From an uncultured Rhodobacteraceae bacterium (GTDB lineage Bacteria; Pseudomonadota; Alphaproteobacteria; Rhodobacterales; Rhodobacteraceae), in the NCBI GenBank assembly GCA_937863185.1, contig CALMEG010000148.1, positions 1 through 42,797 of the forward strand: a DNA stretch of 42,797 nt. Direction: 5' to 3'. The translations under genes and the position numbers were made by a program. The notes under the pieces were generated by a model. It was not told where the DNA came from and did no database searches. It worked only from the letters and a program-made list of their open reading frames with translations. The first letter of the stretch is position 1; the number at the start of each line of letters is the position of its first letter. Below are positions 8,274 to 17,038 of the stretch, piece after piece.

Positions 8274-9455
8274 ATGTCTGAAGTGGAACTGAAATTCAGC
8301 CGGGCGGAATATGACGCCCGGCTGGAGAAGACGCGCAAGGCGATGGAGGCGAAGGGGGTCGATCTGCTGATCGTCACCGACCCGTCCAACATGAACTGGC
8401 TGACCGGCTATGACGGCTGGTCCTTCTATGTGCATCAATGCGTGGTCGTCCCCCCGACCGGAGAGCCGATCTGGTATGGCCGCGGGCAGGATGCGAACGG
8501 CGCCAGGCTGACCGCCTATCTGAAGCACGAGAGCATCATCGGCTATCCCGACCATTATGTGCAATCGACCGAGCGGCACCCGATGGACCTGCTCGCGCAG
8601 ATCCTGGCCGACAAGGGCTTCGGCACCGCCCGCATCGGCGTCGAGATGGACAATTACTGGTTCACCGCCGCCGCCTTTGCCAGCCTTGTCAAGCACCTGC
8701 CGGATGCGCGCTTTTCGGATTGTACCGCTCTGGTGAACTGGCAGCGCGCCTGCAAGAGCCCGCAAGAGATTGCCTATATGCGCAATGCCGCGCGGATCGT
8801 CGAAAAGATGCACGCGCGCATCCTCGACAAGGTCGCGCCCGGCATGCGCAAATGCGACCTCGTGGCCGAGATCTACGATGCGGGCATCCGGGGCACCGAC
8901 GGGATGGGCGGGGATTATCCCGCGATCGTGCCGCTTCTGCCGTCGGGGCGGGATGCCTCGGCCCCGCATCTGACATGGGACGACAGGCCCATGCAGAACG
9001 GCATGGGCACCTTCTTCGAGATCGCGGGCTGCTATCACCGCTATCATGTGCCGCTGTCGCGCACGATCTTTCTGGGCAAGCCCACGCAGGAATTCCTGGA
9101 TGCCGAAAAGGCCACGCTCGAGGGGATGGAGGCCGGCCTTGCCGCCGCGAAGCCGGGCAATACCTGCGAGGATATCGCGCGCGGCTTCTTCGACGTTCTG
9201 GCGAAATACGGGATCATCAAGGACAACCGCACCGGCTATGGCATCGGCGTCAGCTATCCGCCGGACTGGGGCGAGCGCACGATGTCGCTGCGGCCGGGCG
9301 ACAGGACCGTGCTGCAACCGGGCATGACCTTCCATTTCATGACCGGGCTCTGGCTGGAGGAGATGGGCCTCGAGATCACCGAATCCATCCTGATCACCGA
9401 GACCGGCGTCGAATGCCTGGCCGATGTGCCGCGCAAGCTGTTCGTGAAGGACTAG
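8274..9455 (+). CDS. doeA: Ectoine hydrolase (M24 creatinase/prolidase fold), DoeA/EutD
   Basis: 393 aa from the ATG at 8274 (RBS GGAGG, 8 nt spacing; the ORF-track start at 8184 overlaps eutC). It has the creatinase N-domain plus pita-bread domain pattern. Confidence 0.85.
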   Translation: MSEVELKFSRAEYDARLEKTRKAMEAKGVDLLIVTDPSNMNWLTGYDGWSFYVHQCVVVPPTGEPIWYGRGQDANGARLTAYLKHESIIGYPDHYVQSTERHPMDLLAQILADKGFGTARIGVEMDNYWFTAAAFASLVKHLPDARFSDCTALVNWQRACKSPQEIAYMRNAARIVEKMHARILDKVAPGMRKCDLVAEIYDAGIRGTDGMGGDYPAIVPLLPSGRDASAPHLTWDDRPMQNGMGTFFEIAGCYHRYHVPLSRTIFLGKPTQEFLDAEKATLEGMEAGLAAAKPGNTCEDIARGFFDVLAKYGIIKDNRTGYGIGVSYPPDWGERTMSLRPGDRTVLQPGMTFHFMTGLWLEEMGLEITESILITETGVECLADVPRKLFVKD

Positions 9456-9458
9456 GCG

Positions 9459-10469
9459 ATGTTGCAGCAACAACTGGTTCCCTCGCCCGTCTCGGCGACG
9501 GTGGATTTCGCGGCCGAAGGCATCAGCCACGGTTTCCTGCGCCTGCCCTACAGCCGCGACGATGCGGCATGGGGGTCGGTCATGATCCCGATCACCGTGG
9601 TCAAGAACGGCGAGGGGCCGACCGCCCTCGTGACCGGGGCCAATCACGGCGACGAATACGAAGGCCCGATCGCGCTTTTCGATCTGGCCGCCAGCATTCG
9701 CGCTGCCGATGTCACCGGGCGCATCATCATCATTCCGGCGATGAACTACCCCGCCTTTCAGGCCGCGACCCGGACCTCTCCGATCGACAGGGGCAACCTG
9801 AACCGCAGCTTTCCGGGCCGCCCCGACGGCACGGTGACGGAAAAGATCGCGGATTATTTCCAGCGCGTCCTGCTGCCCATGGCCGATGTCGTGCTTGATT
9901 TCCACTCGGGCGGCAAGACGCTGGATTTCCTGCCTTTCTGCGCGGCGCATGTGCTGACCGACAAGATGCAGGAGGCGCGCGCATTCGATCTGGTGCGGGC
10001 CTTCGGCGCACCCTACTCGGTCAAGATGCTCGAGATCGACGCGGTGGGCATGTATGACACCGCCGCCGAAGAGATGGGCAAGATCTTCGTCACGACCGAA
10101 CTGGGCGGCGGCGGCACGGCAAGCGCGCGCACCGCGCAGATCGCCGTGCGCGGCGTGCGCAACGTGCTGATCGCGGCGGGCGTTCTGGCGGGCGCGCCCG
10201 CGCCGCAGCCGACGCAATGGCTCGATATGCCCGATGGCGATTGCTTCACCTTCGCCGAGGATGCGGGCCTGATCCAGTTCCTTGCCGATCTGGGCGATCT
10301 GGTCGAGAAGGATCAGCCCATCGCGCGGATCTTTTCGGTCGCGCGCACCGGGATCGCGCCGGTCACGCTGCGGGCGCGCCGCGCGGGGCTGTTCACCGCG
10401 CGGCATTTTCCGGGGCTGGTGAAGCCCGGCGATTGCGTGGCGGTGATCGCGGTCGAGATCGACGAGTGA
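9459..10469 (+). CDS. doeB: N-alpha-acetyl-L-2,4-diaminobutyrate deacetylase (AstE/AspA succinylglutamate desuccinylase family), DoeB/EutE
   Basis: Zinc-site motif GANHGDEYEG. It is 336 aa and lies immediately after doeA. Confidence 0.85.
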   Translation: MLQQQLVPSPVSATVDFAAEGISHGFLRLPYSRDDAAWGSVMIPITVVKNGEGPTALVTGANHGDEYEGPIALFDLAASIRAADVTGRIIIIPAMNYPAFQAATRTSPIDRGNLNRSFPGRPDGTVTEKIADYFQRVLLPMADVVLDFHSGGKTLDFLPFCAAHVLTDKMQEARAFDLVRAFGAPYSVKMLEIDAVGMYDTAAEEMGKIFVTTELGGGGTASARTAQIAVRGVRNVLIAAGVLAGAPAPQPTQWLDMPDGDCFTFAEDAGLIQFLADLGDLVEKDQPIARIFSVARTGIAPVTLRARRAGLFTARHFPGLVKPGDCVAVIAVEIDE

Positions 10470-10503
10470 ACCCCGGCGCGCCCCTTTGCCGGGGCGCCCC
10501 GGC

Positions 10504-11544
10504 CTATCCGGGCGGGAAGGTCGCGTGCCAGCGATCAAGGAAGCGCGCGCGCTTTTCCCGGTCGAGGCCAAGCAGCAGCACCGGTGACAGCGGGATCTGG
10601 CGCACCACAAGGTCATCCTCGTCCGCGAGGGTCTCGATGATCAGGTTGCTGTCTTGCAGCGCAACCCGGCCGGGCGCGGAGAGCAGGAAATCCACAAGCG
10701 CCGTGCCGTCCTGCGGATTTGCCGCGTCCTTCGGGATCATCGCGGCGCGCGACAGCACCAGCGTGTAATCCTGCGGCGCCACCACGGCCAGGTCGGGGTT
10801 TTGCGCGGCGCGCGACAGCGCGTAGGAGCCAAGGACGTTATAGGCCATGACGAAGCTGCCGTCGGCCACGCCGTCGATGATCTCGGCCGAGCAGCATGTG
10901 GCGATCGCGCCCGACCGTCCGAAGGCCTCCAGCAGGCTGCCGAAGGTGGTGGCCTGCTGCGAATCCACGAAGGCGAACAGATAGCCCAGGCCCGACGCCT
11001 CGATGTCATAGGTTGCCACCCGGCCGACATAGCGGCTCTCGGCCGGGCGCAGCAGGTCGATCAGGTCGAACCGGGTCTGCGGGGCCTCGGCTGGCGGCAC
11101 GAAGGTGCGGTTGTAGACGATGACGGCGGGTTCGCGGGTGATGCCGAAGATCTCGTCGCGCCAGTTCAGACCGGCGGGCAGGGCGGCGGTGGCCTCTGAC
11201 CGGTGGACCTGCGCGCAGCCGTCGTTCACCAGTTTCACAAGCTGGTCCACGGAAGAGCTGATCAGCAGGTCGGCGGCGTCCTTCCGTTCCGCGCAGGCCT
11301 GCGCCGCGCGTTCGTAAAGATCGTTCGAGGCCCATTGTTCATAGTCGATCCCGAGGCCTGGCTCGGTCCGGGCGAACAGTTCGAGCACCGGGGCGAAGGC
11401 CGCGATGTCGGTCGTGCTGCGGATCAGCAGGCGGCGGGCGGGTTCGGCCGCGCCGAAGTGCGCCACGGCTTCGGGCACGGGCGTGGCCAGGGCGGTGCCG
11501 CAGGCCAGCACAAGCGCCATTGCGGGGATGAAGGGGGGTTTCAT
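10504..11544 (-). CDS. Orphan periplasmic solute-binding protein (Fe3+/type-II SBP-like), third gene of the tctDE operon
   Basis: 346 aa from MKPPFIPAMALVLACGTALA (signal peptide, possible lipobox LAC). It has a two-lobe SBP-like sequence. Its start ATG overlaps the tctE stop (ATGA at 11541-11544). There is no adjacent permease or ATPase. Confidence 0.75.
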   Translation of the reverse strand: MKPPFIPAMALVLACGTALATPVPEAVAHFGAAEPARRLLIRSTTDIAAFAPVLELFARTEPGLGIDYEQWASNDLYERAAQACAERKDAADLLISSSVDQLVKLVNDGCAQVHRSEATAALPAGLNWRDEIFGITREPAVIVYNRTFVPPAEAPQTRFDLIDLLRPAESRYVGRVATYDIEASGLGYLFAFVDSQQATTFGSLLEAFGRSGAIATCCSAEIIDGVADGSFVMAYNVLGSYALSRAAQNPDLAVVAPQDYTLVLSRAAMIPKDAANPQDGTALVDFLLSAPGRVALQDSNLIIETLADEDDLVVRQIPLSPVLLLGLDREKRARFLDRWHATFPPG

Positions 11545-12917
11545 GGCGCGCCCTCCTCCGGCGTGCGGATCGAGATTGCCGCCTCGAAGCCGCCCTCGGG
11601 GGGGCGGCGGAACGACAATGCGCCGCCATGCGCCTGCGCGACCGAATGCACGATGGCCAGCCCCAGCCCCGCGCTTCCGGCCGACACGCCGCTGCGGCTG
11701 GCAAAGCGGCGCCCGGCATCGGCCCATTCGCCCTCGGGCGGGCCCGGGCCTTCGTCGCGCACCGCGATTTCCGCCCCGCCGGGCGTGGGGCCGACGCGCA
11801 CCGAAACGGGCGGCAGGCCATGGCGCAGGGCATTGCCGATCAGGTTCTTGCAGGCCTCGCTCAGCGACAGCGCGTCCCCGGTGGCGGGCACCGGCTCTTC
11901 GGGCAGTTCCAGCAGGATGCTGCTGCCCTGCAAGGCGGGGTCCTGGTCCATCTCGTCGACCGCGCGCATCGCCACGCGGCGCAGATCCAGCTTTTCGGGG
12001 GCCGTTGCCTCGGCGCGGTGGATGATCATCGCATGGCTCAGCAGCTGGTCGGTCAGCCGGCTGAGGTTGATCGAGCGGCGGTGGATGCGCTCCACGATCT
12101 GGGCGCGCCGCCGGGGGTCGGTTTCCTCGGCGGCCAGTTCGGCCTGCGCGCGGATGGCCGCGACCGGCGTGCGCAACTGGTGCGAGGCATCCGCGATCAG
12201 CACCTTCATCGTGTCGATCTGCCGGTCCAGCCGCCCCATGAAGCGGTTGATCGCATCGACAAGGCCGCCCACCTCGCGCGGGACGGCAAGGTCGATCGGG
12301 GTCAGGTCGCGCGGGGTGCGGCTCATCAGTCCCTCTTCGATGCGCCGCAGCGGCTTCAGCCCGGCCCGCACCGCAAGGATCGCAAGCGCCGCCATCAAAA
12401 GCGCCACCGCCCCCACAAGGATCAGCGCGTTTTGCGTGATTTCGCGCGTAAGGGCGGTGCGGGCCTGCGTCGTCTGCCCGACGATCGCGCGCACCGTGCC
12501 GCTGAAGGCGCGTTCGGCAAAGCGCCGCTTGGCAACGGCGAACCGGGCGGGTTCGCCGTCGATGGTGCCGCGAAAGAAGGTCTGCTCGGTCGCCGGGGGC
12601 AGCACGTTGTCATATCCGGTCAGCAACTCTCCCTCGGGGCCGAGGACGGCATAGGTGACGCGGTCGTCCGGGGCGAGGGCAAGCAGTTCGAAGGCCGACA
12701 GGGGAATGTCGACCCCGACCCGCCCGTCGCGCAGCGTGGTGGCCGCGGCGATCTGGTTGGCCGCCCCGATCAGCAACTGGTCGTAGGATCGGTCCGCCGC
12801 CGCCCGGCCATAGGCCAGTGCCGCCACCGCCACCGCGATGCCGCCCCCCGCGAACAGCAGCACGAGGACAAGCGCAAGGCGCCGCGCGATCGAGGGCCGG
12901 CGCGTGGGGTCAGGCAT
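11541..12917 (-). CDS. tctE: Sensor histidine kinase, TctE-like
   Basis: Two TM segments flank a periplasmic domain. H-box IADASHQLRTP, N-box CKNLIGNALRHG, G-box GLGLAIVHSV. There is an 8-nt overlap with tctD. Confidence 0.8.
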   Translation of the reverse strand: MPDPTRRPSIARRLALVLVLLFAGGGIAVAVAALAYGRAAADRSYDQLLIGAANQIAAATTLRDGRVGVDIPLSAFELLALAPDDRVTYAVLGPEGELLTGYDNVLPPATEQTFFRGTIDGEPARFAVAKRRFAERAFSGTVRAIVGQTTQARTALTREITQNALILVGAVALLMAALAILAVRAGLKPLRRIEEGLMSRTPRDLTPIDLAVPREVGGLVDAINRFMGRLDRQIDTMKVLIADASHQLRTPVAAIRAQAELAAEETDPRRRAQIVERIHRRSINLSRLTDQLLSHAMIIHRAEATAPEKLDLRRVAMRAVDEMDQDPALQGSSILLELPEEPVPATGDALSLSEACKNLIGNALRHGLPPVSVRVGPTPGGAEIAVRDEGPGPPEGEWADAGRRFASRSGVSAGSAGLGLAIVHSVAQAHGGALSFRRPPEGGFEAAISIRTPEEGAP

Positions 12918-13581
12918 CGGCGATCATCTGGTATCCCAGCCCGCGCAGGGTCTTGATCGTCACGCGGCTGCCCTCCAGCTTGCGGCGCAGGCGGGCCATG
13001 TAGATCTCGACCGCGTTCATGCCCACCTCGTCCTCGTTGAACGAGAACATGTATTCGTAGATCCGCTCTTTCGAGATGACGCGCCCGCGGCTGGCCAGAA
13101 GCGCCTCGAGAAGGCTCAGCTCGCGCCGGGTCAGCTGCACGGGAACGCCGTCGATCTGAAGGTCCTGCCCGGCGGGATCGAACCGCAGTCCGGCGAATTC
13201 GATCACCGGGGCGCGGTCCGGCCCCTGCCTGCGGGCAAGCGCGCGCACCCGCGCATGCAGTTCGCGCAGATCGAAGGGCTTGACCATGTAATCGTCGGCG
13301 CCCTCGTCCAGAAGCGACACCCGGTCCTCGATCTTGGAGCGGGCCGAAAGCATCAGCACCGGCGTGGGCAGCGCGGCGGCCCGGATCGCGTGCAGAAGAT
13401 CCTTGCCGTTGCCATCGGGCAGGCCGATGTCAAGGATCACCACGTCATAGCTTTGCACCGCGATGCAATCGGCCGCGCGGGCAAGGGTGCTGACATGATC
13501 CACCGCATCGCCGCGCCGGGCAAAGCTTTCGCAGACCGCGCCCGCGACATCCTCGGTATCTTCGACGAGCAGAACCCTCAT
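12910..13581 (-). CDS. tctD: OmpR/PhoB-family response regulator, TctD-like
   Basis: 223 aa starting MRVLLVEDTED, receiver Asp in VVILDIGLPDGNG, winged-helix C-terminus TLRGLGYQM. The 620-aa ORF-track version is an antisense-extended artefact. Confidence 0.85.
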   Translation of the reverse strand: MRVLLVEDTEDVAGAVCESFARRGDAVDHVSTLARAADCIAVQSYDVVILDIGLPDGNGKDLLHAIRAAALPTPVLMLSARSKIEDRVSLLDEGADDYMVKPFDLRELHARVRALARRQGPDRAPVIEFAGLRFDPAGQDLQIDGVPVQLTRRELSLLEALLASRGRVISKERIYEYMFSFNEDEVGMNAVEIYMARLRRKLEGSRVTIKTLRGLGYQMIADA

Positions 13582-13776
13582 CGGCTTCCTCCCAGAGCCG
13601 GCGGCGATACGCCTGTTTCGCAACATCTTACGACTGCTTGGCGCCGGGCGGAAGCCTTGCCGCGGCGGCCGCCGCCCTTCTGACAGTTTCACGAAAGATT
13701 CGCCGGGTAGAAAAGCCCATTCCGGTCTGGCCAAGGCCCGCGCCGGACGCAGCTGAGACAATTGGAGGACATCTCG

Positions 13777-14766
13777 ATGCTGATCACCAACACCATCCGT
13801 TCGGGCTTTGCCCTGCTTGCGACCACCGCCGTCCTGGCGACGCCGGTCCTTGCGTTCGAGCCCGGCCAGACCGAGTGCATCGCCCCGGCAAACCCCGGCG
13901 GCGGCTGGGACTTCACCTGCCGCCAGGTCGGCAAGACGTTGCAGGATCTCGGGCTGATCCCCGGCACCATGCAGGTCACGAACCTTGCCGGCGGCGGCGG
14001 CGGCGTGGCCTATGCCGAGGTCGTCAACAAGCGCAACGACAACAACGACCTGATCGTCGCGGCCTCGACCTCGACGGCCACGCGCCTGGCCCAGGGGGCC
14101 TTCCCCGGCAACACGCAGGATCAGGTCCGCTGGCTTGGTGCGGTCGGTGCGGATTACGGCATCATCGCGGTGGCCAAGGACAGCCCGGTCAACACCCTGC
14201 CCGAGCTGATGGACATGCTCAAATCCGACCCGACCAAGGTGTCGATCGCGGGCGGTTCGGCCGTTGGCGGCTGGGATCACCTCAAGGTGCTGATCGCGGC
14301 CGACAAGGCCGGCGTCGATGACCTGCGCACCGTCAAATACGTTGCCTTCGATGGCGGCGGCGAGGCGGTGACGCAGCTTCTGGCCGGTTCGGTCCAGGCC
14401 TTCACCGGGGATGCGTCCGAAGCCAAGGGTTTTGTCGATTCCGGCGACATCAAGGTCATCGCGGTTCTGGCGCCCGAACGGCTCGAGGGCGATTTCGCCC
14501 AGTTCCCGACCGCGGTCGAGCAGGGCATCGACGCCGTCGGCGCCAACTGGCGCGGCTTCTACGGCCCCGGCGGCATGTCCGACGAGGCCTATGACTACTG
14601 GGTCCAGAGCATCGACACGGTCTATGATTCGGATGAATGGAAGGCCGTGATGGCGCAAAACGGCATCGCGCCGCTTGATGTCAGCGGCGCCGAGTTCCAG
14701 GCCTTCGTCGCGGATTCCATCGCCGGCATCCAGGAAATCTCGCGCGAGATCGGCCTGATCCAGTAA
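13777..14766 (+). CDS. tctC: Tripartite tricarboxylate transporter substrate-binding protein (Bug/TctC family)
   Basis: The ATG at 13777 is preceded by GGAGGA. It has a signal peptide (LLATTAVLATPVLA), is about 330 aa, and is followed by tctB/tctA. Confidence 0.85.
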   Translation: MLITNTIRSGFALLATTAVLATPVLAFEPGQTECIAPANPGGGWDFTCRQVGKTLQDLGLIPGTMQVTNLAGGGGGVAYAEVVNKRNDNNDLIVAASTSTATRLAQGAFPGNTQDQVRWLGAVGADYGIIAVAKDSPVNTLPELMDMLKSDPTKVSIAGGSAVGGWDHLKVLIAADKAGVDDLRTVKYVAFDGGGEAVTQLLAGSVQAFTGDASEAKGFVDSGDIKVIAVLAPERLEGDFAQFPTAVEQGIDAVGANWRGFYGPGGMSDEAYDYWVQSIDTVYDSDEWKAVMAQNGIAPLDVSGAEFQAFVADSIAGIQEISREIGLIQ

Positions 14767-14779
14767 CCCCACGCAAAAC

Positions 14780-14809
14780 GGGGCGGCCCGCCACGGAACG
14801 GGCTGCCCC
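14780..14809 (+). other. GC-rich stem-loop between tctC and tctB
   Basis: GGGGCGGCCC (14780-14789), 10-nt loop, GGGCTGCCCC (14800-14809): a 10-bp stem with one G-U pair and no T-tract. Confidence 0.5.
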
Positions 14810-14837
14810 GATCACGCACCAACCCAGGGAGGAAACC

Positions 14838-15269
14838 ATGGGAGACCGCATTTTCGGCGGGCTCGGGCTCGCGCTCGCCGCCTTCTTCATCTGGCAGGCC
14901 ACGCAGATCCAGCTGAGTTTCATCTCTGATCCGGTCGGGCCGCGGACCTTTCCCATCATCATCGGCGTTCTGCTGGGCCTGTCGAGCCTTGCGATGATCC
15001 TGCGCCCCGACGCAAAGCCGCAATGGCCGCCGCTGGGCCGGCTGGCCGAGATCGGCATGGCCGTCGCGGTGCTTCTGATCTACGCCTATGCGCTGCCGCA
15101 GGTGGGGTTCGTCATCGCCACCGCGCTGACCGCGGCCTTCCTCAGCTGGCGGCTGGGAACGCATCCCCTTCAGGCGATCCTGGCGGGTATCGCCACCTCG
15201 CTTGGCATCTATGTCGTCTTTCACCTGATCCTCGGCCTGTCGCTTGCCGAAGGTCCGCTCGGGTTCTGA
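14838..15269 (+). CDS. tctB: Tripartite tricarboxylate transporter small membrane subunit TctB
   Basis: 143 aa with four hydrophobic segments, RBS GGGAGGA. Confidence 0.8.
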   Translation: MGDRIFGGLGLALAAFFIWQATQIQLSFISDPVGPRTFPIIIGVLLGLSSLAMILRPDAKPQWPPLGRLAEIGMAVAVLLIYAYALPQVGFVIATALTAAFLSWRLGTHPLQAILAGIATSLGIYVVFHLILGLSLAEGPLGF

Positions 15270-15279
15270 GGAGATCGCA

Positions 15280-16821
15280 ATGGACGCCCTTTCTTCGCTT
15301 GTCGACGGCTTCTCCGTCGCGCTCAGCTTCCAGAACCTCGCGCTGGCATTCGTCGGCTGTTTCCTTGGCACGATCATCGGTGCGCTGCCGGGCCTTGGCC
15401 CGTCGAACGGCGTGGCGATCCTGATCCCGCTGGCGTTCTCGCTGGGGCTGGATCCCACGGCGGCGCTGATCCTGCTGACCAGCGTCTATTACGGCGCGAT
15501 GTATGGCGGGCGGATCTCGTCGATCCTGCTGAACATTCCGGGCGACGAGCCGGCGCTGATGACCACGCTTGACGGCTATCCCATGGCCCGGCAGGGCCGC
15601 GCGGGCGAGGCGCTTTCGCTTTCGGGGGTGGCCTCGTTCGTGGGCGCCTTCTTCGCCACATGGGGGCTGGTGTTTCTTGCCCCGCAGCTGGTCAAGGTCG
15701 CGCTGCTGTTCGGCCCGGCCGAGTATTTCGCGCTGTTCGCGCTGGCCTTCGCCACGCTTGGCGGGATCTCGTCGACCAACCAGGCCAAGGCGGCCTTTGC
15801 CGCGGCGCTTGGCCTTGGCATCGCCATGATCGGCGTCGACGGCCAGACCGGCGTGCCGCGCTTCAGCTTCGGCGAAGTGCATCTTTACGACGGGATCGAC
15901 TTCCTTGTCGCCATCGTGGGCCTCTTCGCACTGTCCGAGGGGTTCATCTTCCTCGAACATCGCGGTGACCGCTCGGGCGAGGGGAAGCATGCGACCGTCA
16001 CCATGGGGCGCATCACGCCCTCGTGGAAGATGCTGCGCTTCACCACGCCGGCCATGGCGCGCTCGACCGTGCTGGGCTTCATCGCGGGGGTCCTGCCTGG
16101 CGCGGGGGCGTCGCTGGGATCGTTCCTTGCCTATACGGCGGAAAAGCAGATCTCGGACAAGGACGGCACCTTCGGCAAGGGCGATCCGCGCGGCGTGGCC
16201 GCCCCCGAGGCGGGCAACAACGCAGCGGCCGGCGGCGCGCTGGTCCCGATGCTTGCGCTTGGGGTTCCCGGTTCGGGCACCACGGCGGTTCTGCTGGCGG
16301 TGCTTCTTGCGCTCAACATCACGCCGGGGCCGCTTCTCTTCACCCAGAACCCCGATGTGGTCTGGGGCCTGATCGCGGCGCTGTTCATCGGCAACATCAT
16401 GCTTCTGGCGATGAACATCCCTATGGTGGGCATGTTCGCGCGGGTGCTGATGATCCCGCCGAAATTCCTGATGCCGATCGTCGCCATGATTTCCTTTGTC
16501 GGGATCTACGGGATCTCGGGCTCGACCTTCGACCTGGTGGTCATGGTGATCTTCGGGGTTCTCGGCTGGGTGCTGCGCAAGCTGGACGTGCCGCTGGTTC
16601 CGGTGATCCTCGGCACGCTTCTGGGCAACCTGATGGAGGCCAACCTGCGCCGCGCCATGACGATCTCGGACGGCGACTGGGGCGTGCTGTTCGGCTCGCC
16701 TCTGGCGATCGGGCTGTGGACGGTGGCCTTCGTCGGCTTCGTGCTGCCGATCATCGTGGGCAAGCGGCTGAAGAAGCGCATCCACATGGCCAAGGAAGAG
16801 GCAAGCTCGATCACCGACTGA
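15280..16821 (+). CDS. tctA: Tripartite tricarboxylate transporter large membrane subunit TctA
   Basis: 513 aa from MDALSSLVDGF (RBS GAGGAG), a polytopic membrane protein in TctA position. Confidence 0.85.
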   Translation: MDALSSLVDGFSVALSFQNLALAFVGCFLGTIIGALPGLGPSNGVAILIPLAFSLGLDPTAALILLTSVYYGAMYGGRISSILLNIPGDEPALMTTLDGYPMARQGRAGEALSLSGVASFVGAFFATWGLVFLAPQLVKVALLFGPAEYFALFALAFATLGGISSTNQAKAAFAAALGLGIAMIGVDGQTGVPRFSFGEVHLYDGIDFLVAIVGLFALSEGFIFLEHRGDRSGEGKHATVTMGRITPSWKMLRFTTPAMARSTVLGFIAGVLPGAGASLGSFLAYTAEKQISDKDGTFGKGDPRGVAAPEAGNNAAAGGALVPMLALGVPGSGTTAVLLAVLLALNITPGPLLFTQNPDVVWGLIAALFIGNIMLLAMNIPMVGMFARVLMIPPKFLMPIVAMISFVGIYGISGSTFDLVVMVIFGVLGWVLRKLDVPLVPVILGTLLGNLMEANLRRAMTISDGDWGVLFGSPLAIGLWTVAFVGFVLPIIVGKRLKKRIHMAKEEASSITD

Positions 16822-16845
16822 GACCTGCCCCGGACGCAAACCATA

Positions 16846-16886
16846 CCGGCCCTTTTCGTTCCCGCGAAAAGGGCCGGTTTTCTTTG
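16846..16886 (+). terminator. Rho-independent terminator after tctA
   Basis: CCGGCCCTTTTCG (16846-16858), 6-nt loop, CGAAAAGGGCCGG (16865-16877): a 13-bp perfect stem followed by TTTTCTTTGG. Confidence 0.85.
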
Positions 16887-17038
16887 GTCCCGATGGTGAC
16901 GCAGCGGCAAGATGTCTCTTTGCGCCCGATCATGGTGGAAATCATCCCCGATCCGCTACATTCTGCGGGTGCAAGATCCGCGCGGTTTTCGCCGCATGCC
17001 GCCCCTGTCACGTTCAACGCCGAAAGCCCGCAAGCCGC

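Noticed and set aside
10478-10497. A short hairpin (GCGCCCC-TTTGCC-GGGGCGC) between convergent doeB and the orphan SBP gene, considered as a bidirectional terminator.
   Set aside because: The stem is only 7 bp and there is no U-tract on either strand. It cannot be distinguished from chance GC-rich self-complementarity.
8235-10616. A 793-aa minus-strand ORF opposite doeA/doeB. Similar long antisense or out-of-frame ORFs occur at 886-2361, 3953-5536, 6722-8392, 15142-16839, 20688-22019, 31305-33425, 33247-35475, 35527-37161 and 39664-41289.
   Set aside because: The reasoning is the same. Each overlaps a motif-supported gene on the other strand, has low-complexity Arg/Gly/His/Pro-rich translation, and lacks plausible RBS context.
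13582-13776. The tctD-tctC divergent spacer elements GTTTCGCAAC and GTTTCACGAAAG, considered as TctD boxes.
   Set aside because: The similarity is limited to about 6 nt, the spacing does not fit the 10-11-bp direct-repeat geometry typical of OmpR-family sites, and I could not recall any operator consensus to compare.
13582-14772. The N-terminal 397-codon extension of the tctD ORF (the ORF track lists 620 aa).
   Set aside because: The extension is antisense to tctC and has an Arg/Gly/Asp-rich composition. The receiver domain begins at MRVLLVEDTED (13581), the normal N-terminus of OmpR-family regulators.
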